Below are positions 32,672 to 33,084 of a stretch of 33,084 bases of DNA, piece after piece; position 1 is the first letter of the stretch, and each line of letters begins with the position of its first letter. A program made the translations under genes and the position numbers. Origin of the DNA: Octopus bimaculoides (taxonomy: Eukaryota); the NCBI RefSeq assembly GCF_001194135.2, contig NC_068982.1:172270855-172303938 (forward strand), written 5' to 3'. The notes under the pieces were generated by a model that worked only from the letters and a program-made list of their open reading frames with translations, was not told where the DNA came from and did no database searches.

Positions 32672-32786
32672 GTGAGACGAAATTGTCTGCCGATTGTCAA
32701 CAGAATTCGATGACTCTTGACATTCCATCATTCACAGCAGATAATTGGTTTGACATTTCCCAACTACTCCTGACAAAAAGATGTAG
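32672..32786 (+). CDS. Candidate coding exon, ZP-N-domain-like N-terminal segment
   Basis: ttccttttaattaccgtacgtgcAG| (G)ETKLSADCQQNSMTLDIPSFTADNWFDISQLLLTKRC |GTAGGC; an alternative donor at 32783 (GTAGGT) gives a 111-nt phase 1-1 exon. The C-x3-SM-x-L-x-I...FD..L.L...C pattern with 28 aa between Cys resembles the start of ZP-N domains. Non-repetitive open frame between microsatellites. Confidence 0.45.
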
Positions 32787-32795
32787 GTAGGCATG

Positions 32796-32796
<1 letters not shown>

Positions 32797-32867
<71 letters not shown>

Positions 32868-33084
32868 TGGAAAAATGAGGGGTAGTTATGTAAGTAGACA
32901 TATAGATCGATGCATTTAATGTGAGTGGGGCTCAGAGATGTGTTTCTTCATATACATATATCTGTGTGTGTGAGAGAGAGAGAAAGAGAGAGAGCGTGAG
33001 AAAGAAAGAGAGAGAGAAAGAAAGAGAGAGAGAAAGAAAGAGAGAGAGAAAGAAAGAGAGAGAGAAAGAAAGAGAGAGAGAAAG
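32797..33084. repeat. (GATA)n and (GA)n/(GAAA) microsatellites
   Basis: Directly visible. Confidence 0.9.

Noticed and set aside
1-33084. CRISPR arrays, rRNA, true tRNA genes, prokaryotic operons
   Set aside because: None seen. tRNA-like A/B boxes occur only as SINE heads, and the only regular tandem array has identical units without spacers.

Overview
Repeat-dense, AT-rich eukaryotic (animal) genomic DNA, most likely from an octopus/coleoid cephalopod draft assembly. That is an inference from the SINE families and the extreme microsatellite load. About 4.7 kb in 12 runs is N, and most ORFs in the track are microsatellite or gap artefacts. The window is an intron-like or intergenic TE graveyard. 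It holds about 20 SINE copies in three families plus an unclassified fourth repeat family. DNA transposons are a near full-length dead mariner (D34D), an internally deleted Tigger/pogo, a Buster-type hAT fragment, a 165-bp hAT MITE with a perfect 8-bp TSD and a 718-bp GG-ended MITE. LINE remnants are RTE, CR1-like and two restriction-like-endonuclease (R4/Dong-type) families, each ending in its own microsatellite. No complete host gene is visible. Near the right end are two candidate plus-strand exons (31843/31903-31933 and 32672-32786, the second ZP-N-like). The first candidate's splice donor sits inside a 96-nt branched exon-intron hairpin (21 perfect bp plus 7 bp), which is the most striking unexplained structure here. 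All protein-family and repeat-family assignments come from motif recall, not database searches.
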